Source: Acidobacteriota bacterium (GTDB lineage Bacteria; Acidobacteriota; UBA6911; RPQK01; JAJDTT01). From it: a stretch of DNA of 64,000 bases. This document shows, one piece after another, positions 37,646-46,533 of this stretch. The position numbers and the translations under genes are program-made. The stretch is taken from contig OZ242374.1 in the NCBI GenBank assembly GCA_965209055.1, forward strand, positions 4,224,001 through 4,288,000, written 5' to 3'. The notes under the pieces are model-generated. The model saw only the letters and a program-made list of their open reading frames with translations. It was not told the origin of the DNA and searched no databases. Each line of letters opens with the position of its first letter. Position 1 is the first letter of the stretch.

Positions 37646-38449
37646 TCAGCGAGCCAGCCAACCTCCATCCACGAACAGGCTGTGCCCCGTGACCATGGCG
37701 GACGCGGCGCTGGACAGGTAGAGGATCGCGCCGGCCAGGTCTCCCGTTTGAGCCACGCGCCGCAGGGGAGTGTACTCCTCGATGGCGGCCCGCATCTCGG
37801 AAATGTTGAGAATGGACGCGGCCAGCGGCGTGTCGGTAAAGGTGGGAGCGATCTCGTTGACCCGGACTCTCTGGGGACCCCATTCCGCCGCCAGCGCCCG
37901 GGTCAGGTTCACCACCGCCCCCTTGGCGGCATGATAGGCCGAGTTGGGATACATTCCGCCTCCGCTGTGGCCCAGGATCGACGAGATGTTGACGATGCTT
38001 CCCCCTCCCCGGGCGGCCATCCGGCGGCCCGCTTCCCGGCAACAAAGGAAGGTGGAGGTCAGGTTCCTGGTGAGCACCTCGTTCCAATCCTCCAAGGTCA
38101 TCTCCATGGCCGCGACGTGCTTTCCGCCGCCCACGCTGTGGACCAGCACGTCCAGTCGCCCGTACTCCTCCAGGACCTGTCCGAACCCGGCCGTCACCTC
38201 CCGCTCCCGGGTCACGTCCCATTCGCGGACCGCGGCTCGCCTTCCATCGCCGGAAATCTCCGCTGCGACCCGCTCCGCCGCCTGGCGGTCACGGTCGGCC
38301 ACCACCACCGCGGCTCCGGCCTGGGCCAGGACATGGGACGCGGTGCGCCCGATGCTGCCGCCGCCGCCGGTGACCACTGCCACCCGGCCGTCCAGGCGAA
38401 AAAGCCCGTCGACCGCCGGGACGGAAGCTGAAGGGTTGCCCCCGGTCAT
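37646..38449 (-). CDS. SDR-family oxidoreductase
   Basis: TGGGGSIG, YHAAK (YxxxK), VDGG; ATGA overlap with upstream gene. Confidence 0.9.
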   Translation of the reverse strand: MTGGNPSASVPAVDGLFRLDGRVAVVTGGGGSIGRTASHVLAQAGAAVVVADRDRQAAERVAAEISGDGRRAAVREWDVTREREVTAGFGQVLEEYGRLDVLVHSVGGGKHVAAMEMTLEDWNEVLTRNLTSTFLCCREAGRRMAARGGGSIVNISSILGHSGGGMYPNSAYHAAKGAVVNLTRALAAEWGPQRVRVNEIAPTFTDTPLAASILNISEMRAAIEEYTPLRRVAQTGDLAGAILYLSSAASAMVTGHSLFVDGGWLAR

Positions 38450-40143
38450 GGCGAAGGCTCACCGGAAACCAGTCGCAGTCTGGCCTTGGTCAGGGTCAAC
38501 TCCCGATCCGGAGAGGACTCTCCGAGACCGGCCTCCACCAGGTTCTCACATTGTTCCAACGCGGAGCCAGGAAGCGCAAAAGTGATGCGAATCGGGTCCG
38601 TTTCCGCCTCCGGCGCCAGCAACCTTCCGCCTTCCAAAGCACTTCCATTGACGCGCACGGCCAACTGTTCCAACGCCTGCGGGGCGCCTTGCAACTCAAG
38701 GGTGAGTTCGGCGCCGCCCAGGCGTCCTTCCTCTTCCAGGCGCGGGACATCGTCGCCGATCACGATGGGAAACCGGGCTTGGCCTCCCGGCTCCAAACGC
38801 GCCGGCAGATGGCCCCCGCTGGAGATGAAGGCATAGGGGAACCACACCTCTTCGGCGGCCGAGTAGATCTTCTCCGTGCCCTCCAACGCCTTGGGGTCGT
38901 CGATGTCGTCCAGACAGGCATAGACCCGTTTCCTGAGCGCCCGCCACCGGGCCTCGTCGCGAATCTGCTCCCAGGGAGCCGTCAGATTCCAGAAGTAGAT
39001 TCCGTCGGCGCCGCCGGCGTACCACTTGGTGGCCAGGGCCCGGGTCATTTCGACTCCCTTGCCATCCATCAGTTGGCCGGGATTGTTGATGCAGGGATAG
39101 AGCGGCACTCCGTAGGCATGGGCGGCCTCGGCCATCTTCGCCACGGGGAGGGAAAAATGGGCGTAACCCCCACCCAGGATCAGCATGTCCACCAGGCCCT
39201 CCCGCATCCAGGCCTCCAGATCCAGGCCGATCCCCAGGGAGAGCTCCAGATCGTCCGGAGTCCGGACCGCCAGCAGAAAGGGCCGGCCCCGCTCCTTGCC
39301 GATCTCGTCCATGCGTCCGCGAACCCTCCGGATGAAGGCAGTCATGAGGGAGACCTGCTCCGGGGTGATGGTCCCTCCTTCGAAGATGCTCTTGAAGAGG
39401 ACGGGATGGCGGATGAAGTCCAACTCGACGCCGTCCAGGTCGTACCGGAGGCAGACCTCCTCGATGATCTCGAACTTGCGGTCCCGGACCACCTGGTGGG
39501 TGAAGTCCAGGGCCGTGGCGTAGAGGTTGGCCACCCGGGCGCCGGGAAAGGCCGGTTCGGCGATGGCCGTCTGCAGCCCGCGGGTGCTCACGAGGAATTC
39601 GCGGTGGTCCAGCTTCCAGCGGGAGAGGTGCCCCTCGACAAAGCTGTCGTGGACGTCGTTCATGCGCACCGAGGCAAAGGCCTCCATGCCATGTTCATGG
39701 GCGAAGTCGTTGACGATCTTCAGCGGGCAGGTGCCGGCATCGACGAGGGCCCTGAGGTTCCCCGCGTAAGTGTTCATGTAGTCGGGCCGGTCCAATTGCT
39801 GACCGTCGCCGTAGATGGGTTGCACGCGGCTGTCGTAGGAGGGGGCGTCGCCGGCCAGGATCGACCAACTGATGGTGGTCACGGGGGTCCCCGGAAGGGC
39901 TTCGAGCCGCGGCGTCAGGAATCCTTCCACGGTGGAGGCTCCGGGGTGCATGAGGACGGCCGAGTCGCCGTTGAAGATAATCCGTCGTTTCCGCTGGCCG
40001 TTCTCGCCTTCCTGAGGCGGCTCGACGGCGCAGCCGGTGAGGAAACCCACCAGGAGCACCAGTGCGCAGACTCCGGCCCCGACAGCGGTGCACCTCGGGA
40101 TTCGGACCGGAACGTGGGATCGGGGGTCGGCAGGAGAATTCAT
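38446..40143 (-). CDS. Putative lipoprotein with GHL10-like TIM-barrel domain
   Basis: Lipobox LTGC; RRIIFNGD, ASVRMNDVH, YDLDGVELDFIR, GADGIYFWN. Confidence 0.7.
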   Translation of the reverse strand: MNSPADPRSHVPVRIPRCTAVGAGVCALVLLVGFLTGCAVEPPQEGENGQRKRRIIFNGDSAVLMHPGASTVEGFLTPRLEALPGTPVTTISWSILAGDAPSYDSRVQPIYGDGQQLDRPDYMNTYAGNLRALVDAGTCPLKIVNDFAHEHGMEAFASVRMNDVHDSFVEGHLSRWKLDHREFLVSTRGLQTAIAEPAFPGARVANLYATALDFTHQVVRDRKFEIIEEVCLRYDLDGVELDFIRHPVLFKSIFEGGTITPEQVSLMTAFIRRVRGRMDEIGKERGRPFLLAVRTPDDLELSLGIGLDLEAWMREGLVDMLILGGGYAHFSLPVAKMAEAAHAYGVPLYPCINNPGQLMDGKGVEMTRALATKWYAGGADGIYFWNLTAPWEQIRDEARWRALRKRVYACLDDIDDPKALEGTEKIYSAAEEVWFPYAFISSGGHLPARLEPGGQARFPIVIGDDVPRLEEEGRLGGAELTLELQGAPQALEQLAVRVNGSALEGGRLLAPEAETDPIRITFALPGSALEQCENLVEAGLGESSPDRELTLTKARLRLVSGEPSP

Positions 40144-40453
40144 GGTCCTTCAGGCCCTTCGGATACAGCGATTTGAAAGTATTTTTAAGTGTGGGCACCC
40201 CCGGGCGCCGTCCCCGGATCATACCCGACCAACAGGCCAACTGGAACCTGGCGGGCATTGCCAAAGCACTTCCTTCAATCGCATATTCCTCCGGCTCGTC
40301 GTTCTACTTTATGGAAGTTGACAGACGGCGGCGGTCAACAGAAGAATGTTTCGCACCGATCGGAACGAGGGCCCTTGATCGGACAATCGGGCTCAGTTCC
40401 TGTCCGCCGCAATTCGGATCCGCCGTGACGGGGACGTTAACGGAGGAGGAAAA

Positions 40454-40804
40454 ATGAATGTCGAACTGATGAGCGTCCTGGCTGCGGTGGTGGCGGTGGG
40501 TATCGGCTTGTCCGGACTGATATTGGCCAGCGGCCGAGGGCTGCGGCACGAAATGCGCGACCTGCGGCACGAGACACGGGAAGAGATCCAGGACCTGCGC
40601 CTCGAGATGAGAGCGACCCGCCAGGAAACGCGGCAGGAGATGCGGGAGGTGCGGCAGGAGATCCAGGAATTGCGGCAGGAAATGCGCGGACAGATAGGCC
40701 GGGTCGATTCCCAACTCGGCAAACTCCGAGAACGCACGGCGGGCCTGGAAGGACTGCTGACAGGTTTGCGGGAAGCCATCGTCCGGCGGGCCGTGGCGGG
40801 TTAG
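40454..40804 (+). CDS. Small TM-anchored coiled-coil repeat protein
   Basis: GGAGGAGG SD; N-terminal TM; repeated LRxE(M/I)R units; ER.A.LEG C-terminal motif. Confidence 0.75.
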   Translation: MNVELMSVLAAVVAVGIGLSGLILASGRGLRHEMRDLRHETREEIQDLRLEMRATRQETRQEMREVRQEIQELRQEMRGQIGRVDSQLGKLRERTAGLEGLLTGLREAIVRRAVAG

Positions 40805-40861
40805 GGGGACAGGCATTGTTCTTCATCCGTCGGCGCGGCCCTTGCGGACTCCCTTTATCCG

Positions 40862-41986
40862 TCAGTAACCCACCTTGTAGATGACGTAGTCCCCGTACCC
40901 GGTGATGATCCGCGTGTAGCCGGAGAGTTCCTGGTCCAGGGCCGAATCGCCCGTATCCACCAGCAACGGCCGTCCGCCCAAGGAGACGAGCTTCTCCTTG
41001 GTGGCGATGATCAGGAGATTCTCCCGGCCCACCTTGCGGATGATCTCCGGACTGATCTGCTGATTGCCCCGGCCCAGGATGTGCCCCTGGCCTCCGATGG
41101 CCGTCACCACGACCTTGGCCCTTTGTCCGTCGATCAGGTCCAGGAGTTGGTGCGCAGTGACGTCGTTGGCCAGCAGCTTCTTGTTCCGCACCACGTCCAC
41201 CCCCAGCAGCGTGTTCTCGATCTCCAACGTCTGGAGAATGCCCCGCGTGGTGGTTCCCGGTCCCACGGCGAAGACACAGTCCGGATCCTCCATGGCTCGA
41301 AGAACCTCCGCGCAGATTCCCTGGAGAGCTTCCGCTTCGTGAACGACCCCTCCCGCCTTCACGCTCTGGACGAACCGGTTCTCTTCCGGGACCCGCAGGT
41401 ATCCGTAGAGCTTGGCCCGGACCACGCCCGCCCGGAAAGCCTCCTCGTCGATGTCCATGACCTCGGCGGAACGCATTCGCAGCAGACGGCGCTGCAGCCA
41501 GAGGACCACCAGCTCGCCGGCGCTCCGGGGGGTCACGGCATAGACGGCCGAATGAATCTTGACGCCGGCGGGAACCCCCAGAACCGGAACTTCCTCCCCA
41601 ACGGCCTGGTAGAGGTCGCGGGCGGTTCCATCCCCGCCGGCGAAGAGGATCAGGTCGGCGCCAGCGGCCGCCATCTCGCGGGCGGCCCGCCGGGTGTCCT
41701 CGGGAGTCGTCTGTTCGCCCGCGGTGCGTCCGATGACGGTGGCCGGGAGACCCGACAGGGCACAGGACTCCTGGCCCATCTGGCGGGGGTAGGTGAGAAC
41801 CCGGGCCTGGTCCTGGAATTCGGAGACAGCCTTCAGCGCCTGCGCCATCCGTCCCGGGGCCTCGGGCCGGGCCCCCAACTCGCGGGCGCGGCGGAGGATC
41901 TCGACCCCGTCGCTCCCCTTCAGCCCCACCCGGCCGCCCATGCCGGCGACCGGATTGACGATGACTCCGAGCGTGCGCCGAGGCAT
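40862..41986 (-). CDS. ATP-NAD kinase / AcoX-family protein
   Basis: NPVAGMGGRVGLKGSDG, GGDGTARD, GVKIHSAVYA, GRGNQQ. Confidence 0.88.
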   Translation of the reverse strand: MPRRTLGVIVNPVAGMGGRVGLKGSDGVEILRRARELGARPEAPGRMAQALKAVSEFQDQARVLTYPRQMGQESCALSGLPATVIGRTAGEQTTPEDTRRAAREMAAAGADLILFAGGDGTARDLYQAVGEEVPVLGVPAGVKIHSAVYAVTPRSAGELVVLWLQRRLLRMRSAEVMDIDEEAFRAGVVRAKLYGYLRVPEENRFVQSVKAGGVVHEAEALQGICAEVLRAMEDPDCVFAVGPGTTTRGILQTLEIENTLLGVDVVRNKKLLANDVTAHQLLDLIDGQRAKVVVTAIGGQGHILGRGNQQISPEIIRKVGRENLLIIATKEKLVSLGGRPLLVDTGDSALDQELSGYTRIITGYGDYVIYKVGY

Positions 41987-43560
41987 TAATCGGAGTTCTT
42001 GGCGGCCTGTTTCTTCACGTACTGGCGCCAGGTCACCGCGATCCGTTCGGGCTCGTCGATGCTGGGCGCCGGGACCTTGTGAATCGCCGAATTATGCGGC
42101 GCGCTCTTGACCAATTCCGGGTTTTCGTAGGCTTCCTTGGAGATCTGGCGCAATACGGCCACATACTCGTCGATGTCGTCCTTGGAGTAGGACTCGCACG
42201 GCTCCAGGGTGAAGGGCTCGGGGACGATCCAGGGGTGATGGCTGGGCCAATAGTGCTGGATCCCGTAGTCGGCGATTCTGCGGTTGATGTCGTCGGTTCC
42301 GACGCCCGTATCCTGGTTCAGCTTGCCCCAGCTGTAGCGCACCTGCTCCAGGCGCCGCTTTTCTTCCGAGTACTGGATGACGACCCCGGGCACCTCGCTC
42401 AGCTTCTTCAACATGTAGTTGTTGTTGAGGACGGAGCACTCGGCCACTTCCCGCAACCCGTCGGCGCCGAGCTGCATGATCCAGGCATAGGCCTTGAGGA
42501 CTCCCTGCGCGTTTCCCAGAAAGGAACGGACCCGGCCGATGCTCTCCGGTTCGCCCTGGTAGTCCAACGAGTAGCGCTCGCCGTCGAACTCGACCCGGGG
42601 CAGTGGAAGATAACGCTTCAACTCGTCCACCACGCCGACGGCGCCGATGGCGGGTCCCATGCAGGCGTGAGGCATGGAGAAGGTCTTGTGGACGTTGAAG
42701 TGGCAGAGATCGAAGCCCGCCTCTTTCGCTCGCGTCACCCCCAGGAGGCCGTTGGCGTTGGCCTGGTCGTAGCTGCAGAGGGCGCCCACGCCGTGGGCGA
42801 TGTCGACGAATTCCTTGATCTGCGGGTTGTAGAGGCCCGTGTCCTCGGGATTGGTGATGAAGATGCCTGCCGTCCGCTCGGAGACGGCCGCCCTCATGGC
42901 GTCGACGTGGGGGTATCCGGTCTCGTCCGGCATCAGGGTGACGACCTTGTAACCCGCGGTGGCGCCGGTGGCCGCGTCGCAAGGGTGGGAGAACATGGTG
43001 GTGATCACCTCGTCGCGCTGGTGATCGCCTCGGGAGGCGTGGTAGGCGCGCACCATGGAGGCGTTGGTGAAGACCCCCTGGGCGCCCCCTCCCGGCTGGA
43101 AGCTGAACCGGTCCAAGCCCGAGATCTCCTTCAGGAACTGCTCGAACTGGTAGTAGACATGCAGGATCCCCTGAATCGTGCTCTCGTCCTGCAGGGGATG
43201 GACCTCGGCCATGCCCGGGTTTCGGGTGGCCACGTGCTCCTGGATCTTGGGGCTGTACTTCATGGTACAGGTGCCCTGGCTGATGTCGATGTTGACGTCT
43301 GTCCCCAGGGTCTCCTGGGAGAGGCGCATGTAGTGGCGGTTCACCCGCATCTGGTTGATTTCCGGCAGGGCCGGCGGCTGTTTCCGTCTCAGGTTCTCCG
43401 GAATCCGGGAGCAGCCGTCTCCCACCGCTTCGCGGATGCCGGGCTCGGCCTCGGGAACCAGGATTCCCCGTTCCCCGGGGACGTGCATTTCGCAGATGAT
43501 CTCCTCGTCCCATCGAGCCTGGTGGTATTTCCTGAGCAACGTCTCCCGGTCTCTGCCCAT
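41986..43560 (-). CDS. gcvPB: Glycine dehydrogenase (decarboxylating) subunit 2, divergent type
   Basis: GTCTMKYSPK, QPGGGAQG, TNPEDTG, DQANANG, HFNVHKTFS (PLP lysine). Confidence 0.9.
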   Translation of the reverse strand: MGRDRETLLRKYHQARWDEEIICEMHVPGERGILVPEAEPGIREAVGDGCSRIPENLRRKQPPALPEINQMRVNRHYMRLSQETLGTDVNIDISQGTCTMKYSPKIQEHVATRNPGMAEVHPLQDESTIQGILHVYYQFEQFLKEISGLDRFSFQPGGGAQGVFTNASMVRAYHASRGDHQRDEVITTMFSHPCDAATGATAGYKVVTLMPDETGYPHVDAMRAAVSERTAGIFITNPEDTGLYNPQIKEFVDIAHGVGALCSYDQANANGLLGVTRAKEAGFDLCHFNVHKTFSMPHACMGPAIGAVGVVDELKRYLPLPRVEFDGERYSLDYQGEPESIGRVRSFLGNAQGVLKAYAWIMQLGADGLREVAECSVLNNNYMLKKLSEVPGVVIQYSEEKRRLEQVRYSWGKLNQDTGVGTDDINRRIADYGIQHYWPSHHPWIVPEPFTLEPCESYSKDDIDEYVAVLRQISKEAYENPELVKSAPHNSAIHKVPAPSIDEPERIAVTWRQYVKKQAAKNSD

Positions 43561-43611
43561 GGTCCCGATCTCCTTCCCGGTTCCGGAATCCTCCGTTCGC
43601 CGGATCCTGAC

Positions 43612-45015
43612 TCAGCTACAGCACTCACCCAGGGTCCGGGCCAGCGTGTGGATGTCGTCCTGGGTGATTCTCTCGGTCACGCAATAGAGGGCGCTCTGGC
43701 CCAACTCGGGAAACTCCCGCGAAAGGTCCTTTCCCCCGAAGATCTTACGATCCAGGAGCGCGGCGTTGATCTCACCGACGCTCTTGCCGGTCCCGTCGAA
43801 GTTCACGACGAACTCCTTGAAGAACGGGGTCTCCGACGCGACCCGGACCCCCGGTATCCGGGCCATCTCCCGGGCGGCGTACTGGGACTTCTGGAGGATG
43901 GTCCGTCCGATCTCCTCCATGCCCTGGGGACCCATCAGCGCCAGGTAGACGCCGGCCGTAATGGCCCAGAGTCCCGTGGTGGTTCCCGTGTACTCCTTGC
44001 CCTGTTCCCGGGAACCGTAGGAGGTCCGGTCGAAGAGCACCTCGCCGAAGCCCCATTCGCCCTCCCGCACGGTCTCGGTGATGCCGAACATGAGGTCCTT
44101 GAACTCGGCCACATACCGCATGTCGTCGTGGGTGGCGATGAAGCCGCCCTGTCCGCCGCCGCACTGGATGTGCATTCCCAAGGGCTGGAAGTCTCCACAG
44201 GCGAAGGTCCCGCCGTAGTGGGCGGGAGGAGCCAGGACTCCCAGGGAAATGGGATCGGTGTAGACCACGAACTCGGCCCCGGCGTTCCGGGCGATCTCCC
44301 CGATCTCCTCGGCCTGAGTCTCGATGTTGCCCAGGTAACCGGGATTCTCGATGAGGACTGCCGCCGTGTTCGAGGAGACGGAGGACCGGAGTTGATCCAG
44401 GTCCAGCAGGCCGGAGCCGGGATCGAAGCCGATGGTTCGGATAGAAACCTGCGGTTCGCCGATACCGCCCAGGTAGTTTCGGACCACGGCCATCAGGTCC
44501 GGACTCGCGGAACCGGGAACCAGGACCTCGCTCCTGCTGGTGGTCCGGGAGGCCATCCGCAACGAGGTGGCCGCGGCGGCCGGACCGTCGTAGAGGGGGC
44601 AGCTCAGGACGTCCATGTCCAGCAGTTCCCCCATGAGGCTGGCGTACTCGAAGAGGGCCTGCCACTTCCCATGATCGGCGTAAGGCTCGCCCACGTACGC
44701 CGTCACGAACTCGCCCCGGCTGCTGATCTCGTCGCAGACCGCCGGGACGTGGTGCTGGGCGCAGCCGGCGCCCAGAAAATTCAGGTGGTCATCGCAGTTC
44801 CGGTTCCGGTCCAGGATCTCCTCCAGGTGCCGTTTCAGGGAGTACTCGTCCAGGATCGGCTCGGGGAGGTCCATCTTCCGCTTCAGAATCAGATCGTCGG
44901 GGATCTCGGCGTAGAGATCCATGATGTCCCGGGCGCCCACTTCCTTGAGCATCCGGGCCTTGATTTCCGGGACCGAATTGGGGATGTAGGGGTAGACGAT
45001 CCGCTTTTGACTCAC
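43612..45015 (-). CDS. gcvPA: Glycine dehydrogenase (decarboxylating) subunit 1, divergent type
   Basis: GTG start with GGAGGAG SD; YPYIPNS, NFLGAG..HHVP, EFVTAY, QALFEY. Confidence 0.9.
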   Translation of the reverse strand: MSQKRIVYPYIPNSVPEIKARMLKEVGARDIMDLYAEIPDDLILKRKMDLPEPILDEYSLKRHLEEILDRNRNCDDHLNFLGAGCAQHHVPAVCDEISSRGEFVTAYVGEPYADHGKWQALFEYASLMGELLDMDVLSCPLYDGPAAAATSLRMASRTTSRSEVLVPGSASPDLMAVVRNYLGGIGEPQVSIRTIGFDPGSGLLDLDQLRSSVSSNTAAVLIENPGYLGNIETQAEEIGEIARNAGAEFVVYTDPISLGVLAPPAHYGGTFACGDFQPLGMHIQCGGGQGGFIATHDDMRYVAEFKDLMFGITETVREGEWGFGEVLFDRTSYGSREQGKEYTGTTTGLWAITAGVYLALMGPQGMEEIGRTILQKSQYAAREMARIPGVRVASETPFFKEFVVNFDGTGKSVGEINAALLDRKIFGGKDLSREFPELGQSALYCVTERITQDDIHTLARTLGECCS

Positions 45016-45113
45016 GTTGCTCCTCCGTCTGCTCGACCCGGCGCCGTTGGGGAAAGATGACCCGGCGCCGGTGGCGCTCAGTCTACTACGAGCAATGCGG
45101 GAAAAGACAAGGC

Positions 45114-45176
45114 GGAACGGGGTTTCCGAACCGCCGATTCTCCGGACGCCGGCAAACGACGGAAAGCCGCTACTCC
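45114..45176. repeat. Degenerate REP-like pair at 3' end of PQQ-like gene
   Basis: ggaacggggtttccgaaccgcc and gacggaaagccgctactcc. Confidence 0.5.
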
Positions 45177-46438
45177 TGGATCCGGTAGAGATGAGTCTTC
45201 GTGCGCAGGAAGAGCGCTCCGTCGGCCACGGCGGGCGATGCCATGAAGCCGTCGTCCAGCTTGTTTCGGGCCAGGATCTCCAGCGCATCGCCCGGTTGGA
45301 TGATGGTGGCGACGCCGTCCTCGTCGAAGAAGTGGATCCGGCGGCTGGCATAAAGCACCGAGGAAGAGTGGAGACCCCCGATTCGTTCCTTCCAGATTTC
45401 CTCTCCACTCTTGAAGTCGATGCAAGTGGCGATCCCGTCGTTGCTCACCATGTAGACCCGCCCTCCGACCAGAACCGGGGAGGAGCGCTTGGGAGCGCCC
45501 CGGGCGTGTTTCCAGGCGACATGGGATCCGGTCACGTCGCCCCGGCCGCCGAGCCGGACCGCCCAAAGTTGCGCCGTTGGGCCGATATGCCCCGTGGCGA
45601 TGCCCACCTGCCCGTCGGCGTAAAGGGTCCTGGGCGCCGATGAGTGACCGGTGTGGCGAATCTGCCAGATCTCGCGTCCGGTTCTGGGATCGTATCCATA
45701 GGCCCCTTTGGCGCCGGGACTGATGAGTTGCGGCTCTCCCTGGAAATCGACCACCAGCGGCGTATTGTAGGCCTTGCGGAAGTCTCCGGACGCGCGTGGG
45801 CGGCCGTCCTCCTCCAGGTCTCCGTAGTCCACCGATCGAAACGTCACCCACCGGTTGGCGCCGGTCGCCTTGTCCAGAGCCACCACGTACTGGACGTCGG
45901 CGCCGTCCATATTCAGGAAGAGGAGGTCCTCCCAGAGATAGGGGGAAGACGCCGGGCCGCGCCAGTGGTCGCAGGGGAGGTCCCGGCGTTGCCAGAGCAC
46001 CTCGAAAGTCCCCGTGTCCAGGCAGGCGGTCCCATAGCTCCCGAAATTGATGTAGACGCGGCCTTCCTCGATGGTCGGAGAAGGACTGGCGTAGGAATTG
46101 TCGGGGTTGCTCAGGGGACGGGGTCTGGCGACGTCGAAGAGCTTCCGATCCAGCAGGATGCGTCCGCTGTCCCGGTCGACGCACAGGACGGAGAGCTCTT
46201 TTCCGTCCTCCGTGGCGGTGGTGAGCCAGACCTGTTTGTCGCGGATCACCGGCGAAGACCAGCCGCGGCCGTGAATCGGCGTCTTCCATCGAACGTTGAG
46301 CGTTTCGCCCCAGCGAAGAGGGAGGTTCGCGGCGTCGGAGATGCCGTTCCGGCCGGGACCTCGATAGTCGGGCCAGTTTCCGAACAGGGCCGCGCTCGAA
46401 ATGCACGCGGCCAGAAGCAGGATCGGAATTCTCTTCAT
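45170..46438 (-). CDS. Secreted PQQ-like (BamB-like) beta-propeller protein, copy 2
   Basis: Signal peptide, WPDYRGP, WSSPVI, ASPAVADGALFLRT. Confidence 0.88.
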   Translation of the reverse strand: MKRIPILLLAACISSAALFGNWPDYRGPGRNGISDAANLPLRWGETLNVRWKTPIHGRGWSSPVIRDKQVWLTTATEDGKELSVLCVDRDSGRILLDRKLFDVARPRPLSNPDNSYASPSPTIEEGRVYINFGSYGTACLDTGTFEVLWQRRDLPCDHWRGPASSPYLWEDLLFLNMDGADVQYVVALDKATGANRWVTFRSVDYGDLEEDGRPRASGDFRKAYNTPLVVDFQGEPQLISPGAKGAYGYDPRTGREIWQIRHTGHSSAPRTLYADGQVGIATGHIGPTAQLWAVRLGGRGDVTGSHVAWKHARGAPKRSSPVLVGGRVYMVSNDGIATCIDFKSGEEIWKERIGGLHSSSVLYASRRIHFFDEDGVATIIQPGDALEILARNKLDDGFMASPAVADGALFLRTKTHLYRIQE

Positions 46439-46509
46439 AGTCTCCTTTGCCGACTTGAAAGTAATACCAAAGCCGGTCGAGCTCGAAGTCAGTCGCAGAC
46501 CAAGGGAAT

Positions 46510-46532
46510 CGGCGACTGGAAATCGCCGTTCC
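46510..46532. repeat. REP-like palindrome after stop codon
   Basis: cggcgactggaaatcgccgttcc. Confidence 0.65.
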
Positions 46533-46533
46533 A

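Noticed and set aside
42079-45060. 993-aa plus-strand ORF and other long antisense ORFs (e.g. 60560-63133, 23212-25248, 27094-28947, 14294-15877)
   Set aside because: Shadow frames of well-supported genes in high-GC DNA; no recognisable motifs
45016-45169. Possible glycine riboswitch upstream of gcvPA
   Set aside because: No GGAGA...CCGAAG...CTCAGG aptamer pattern
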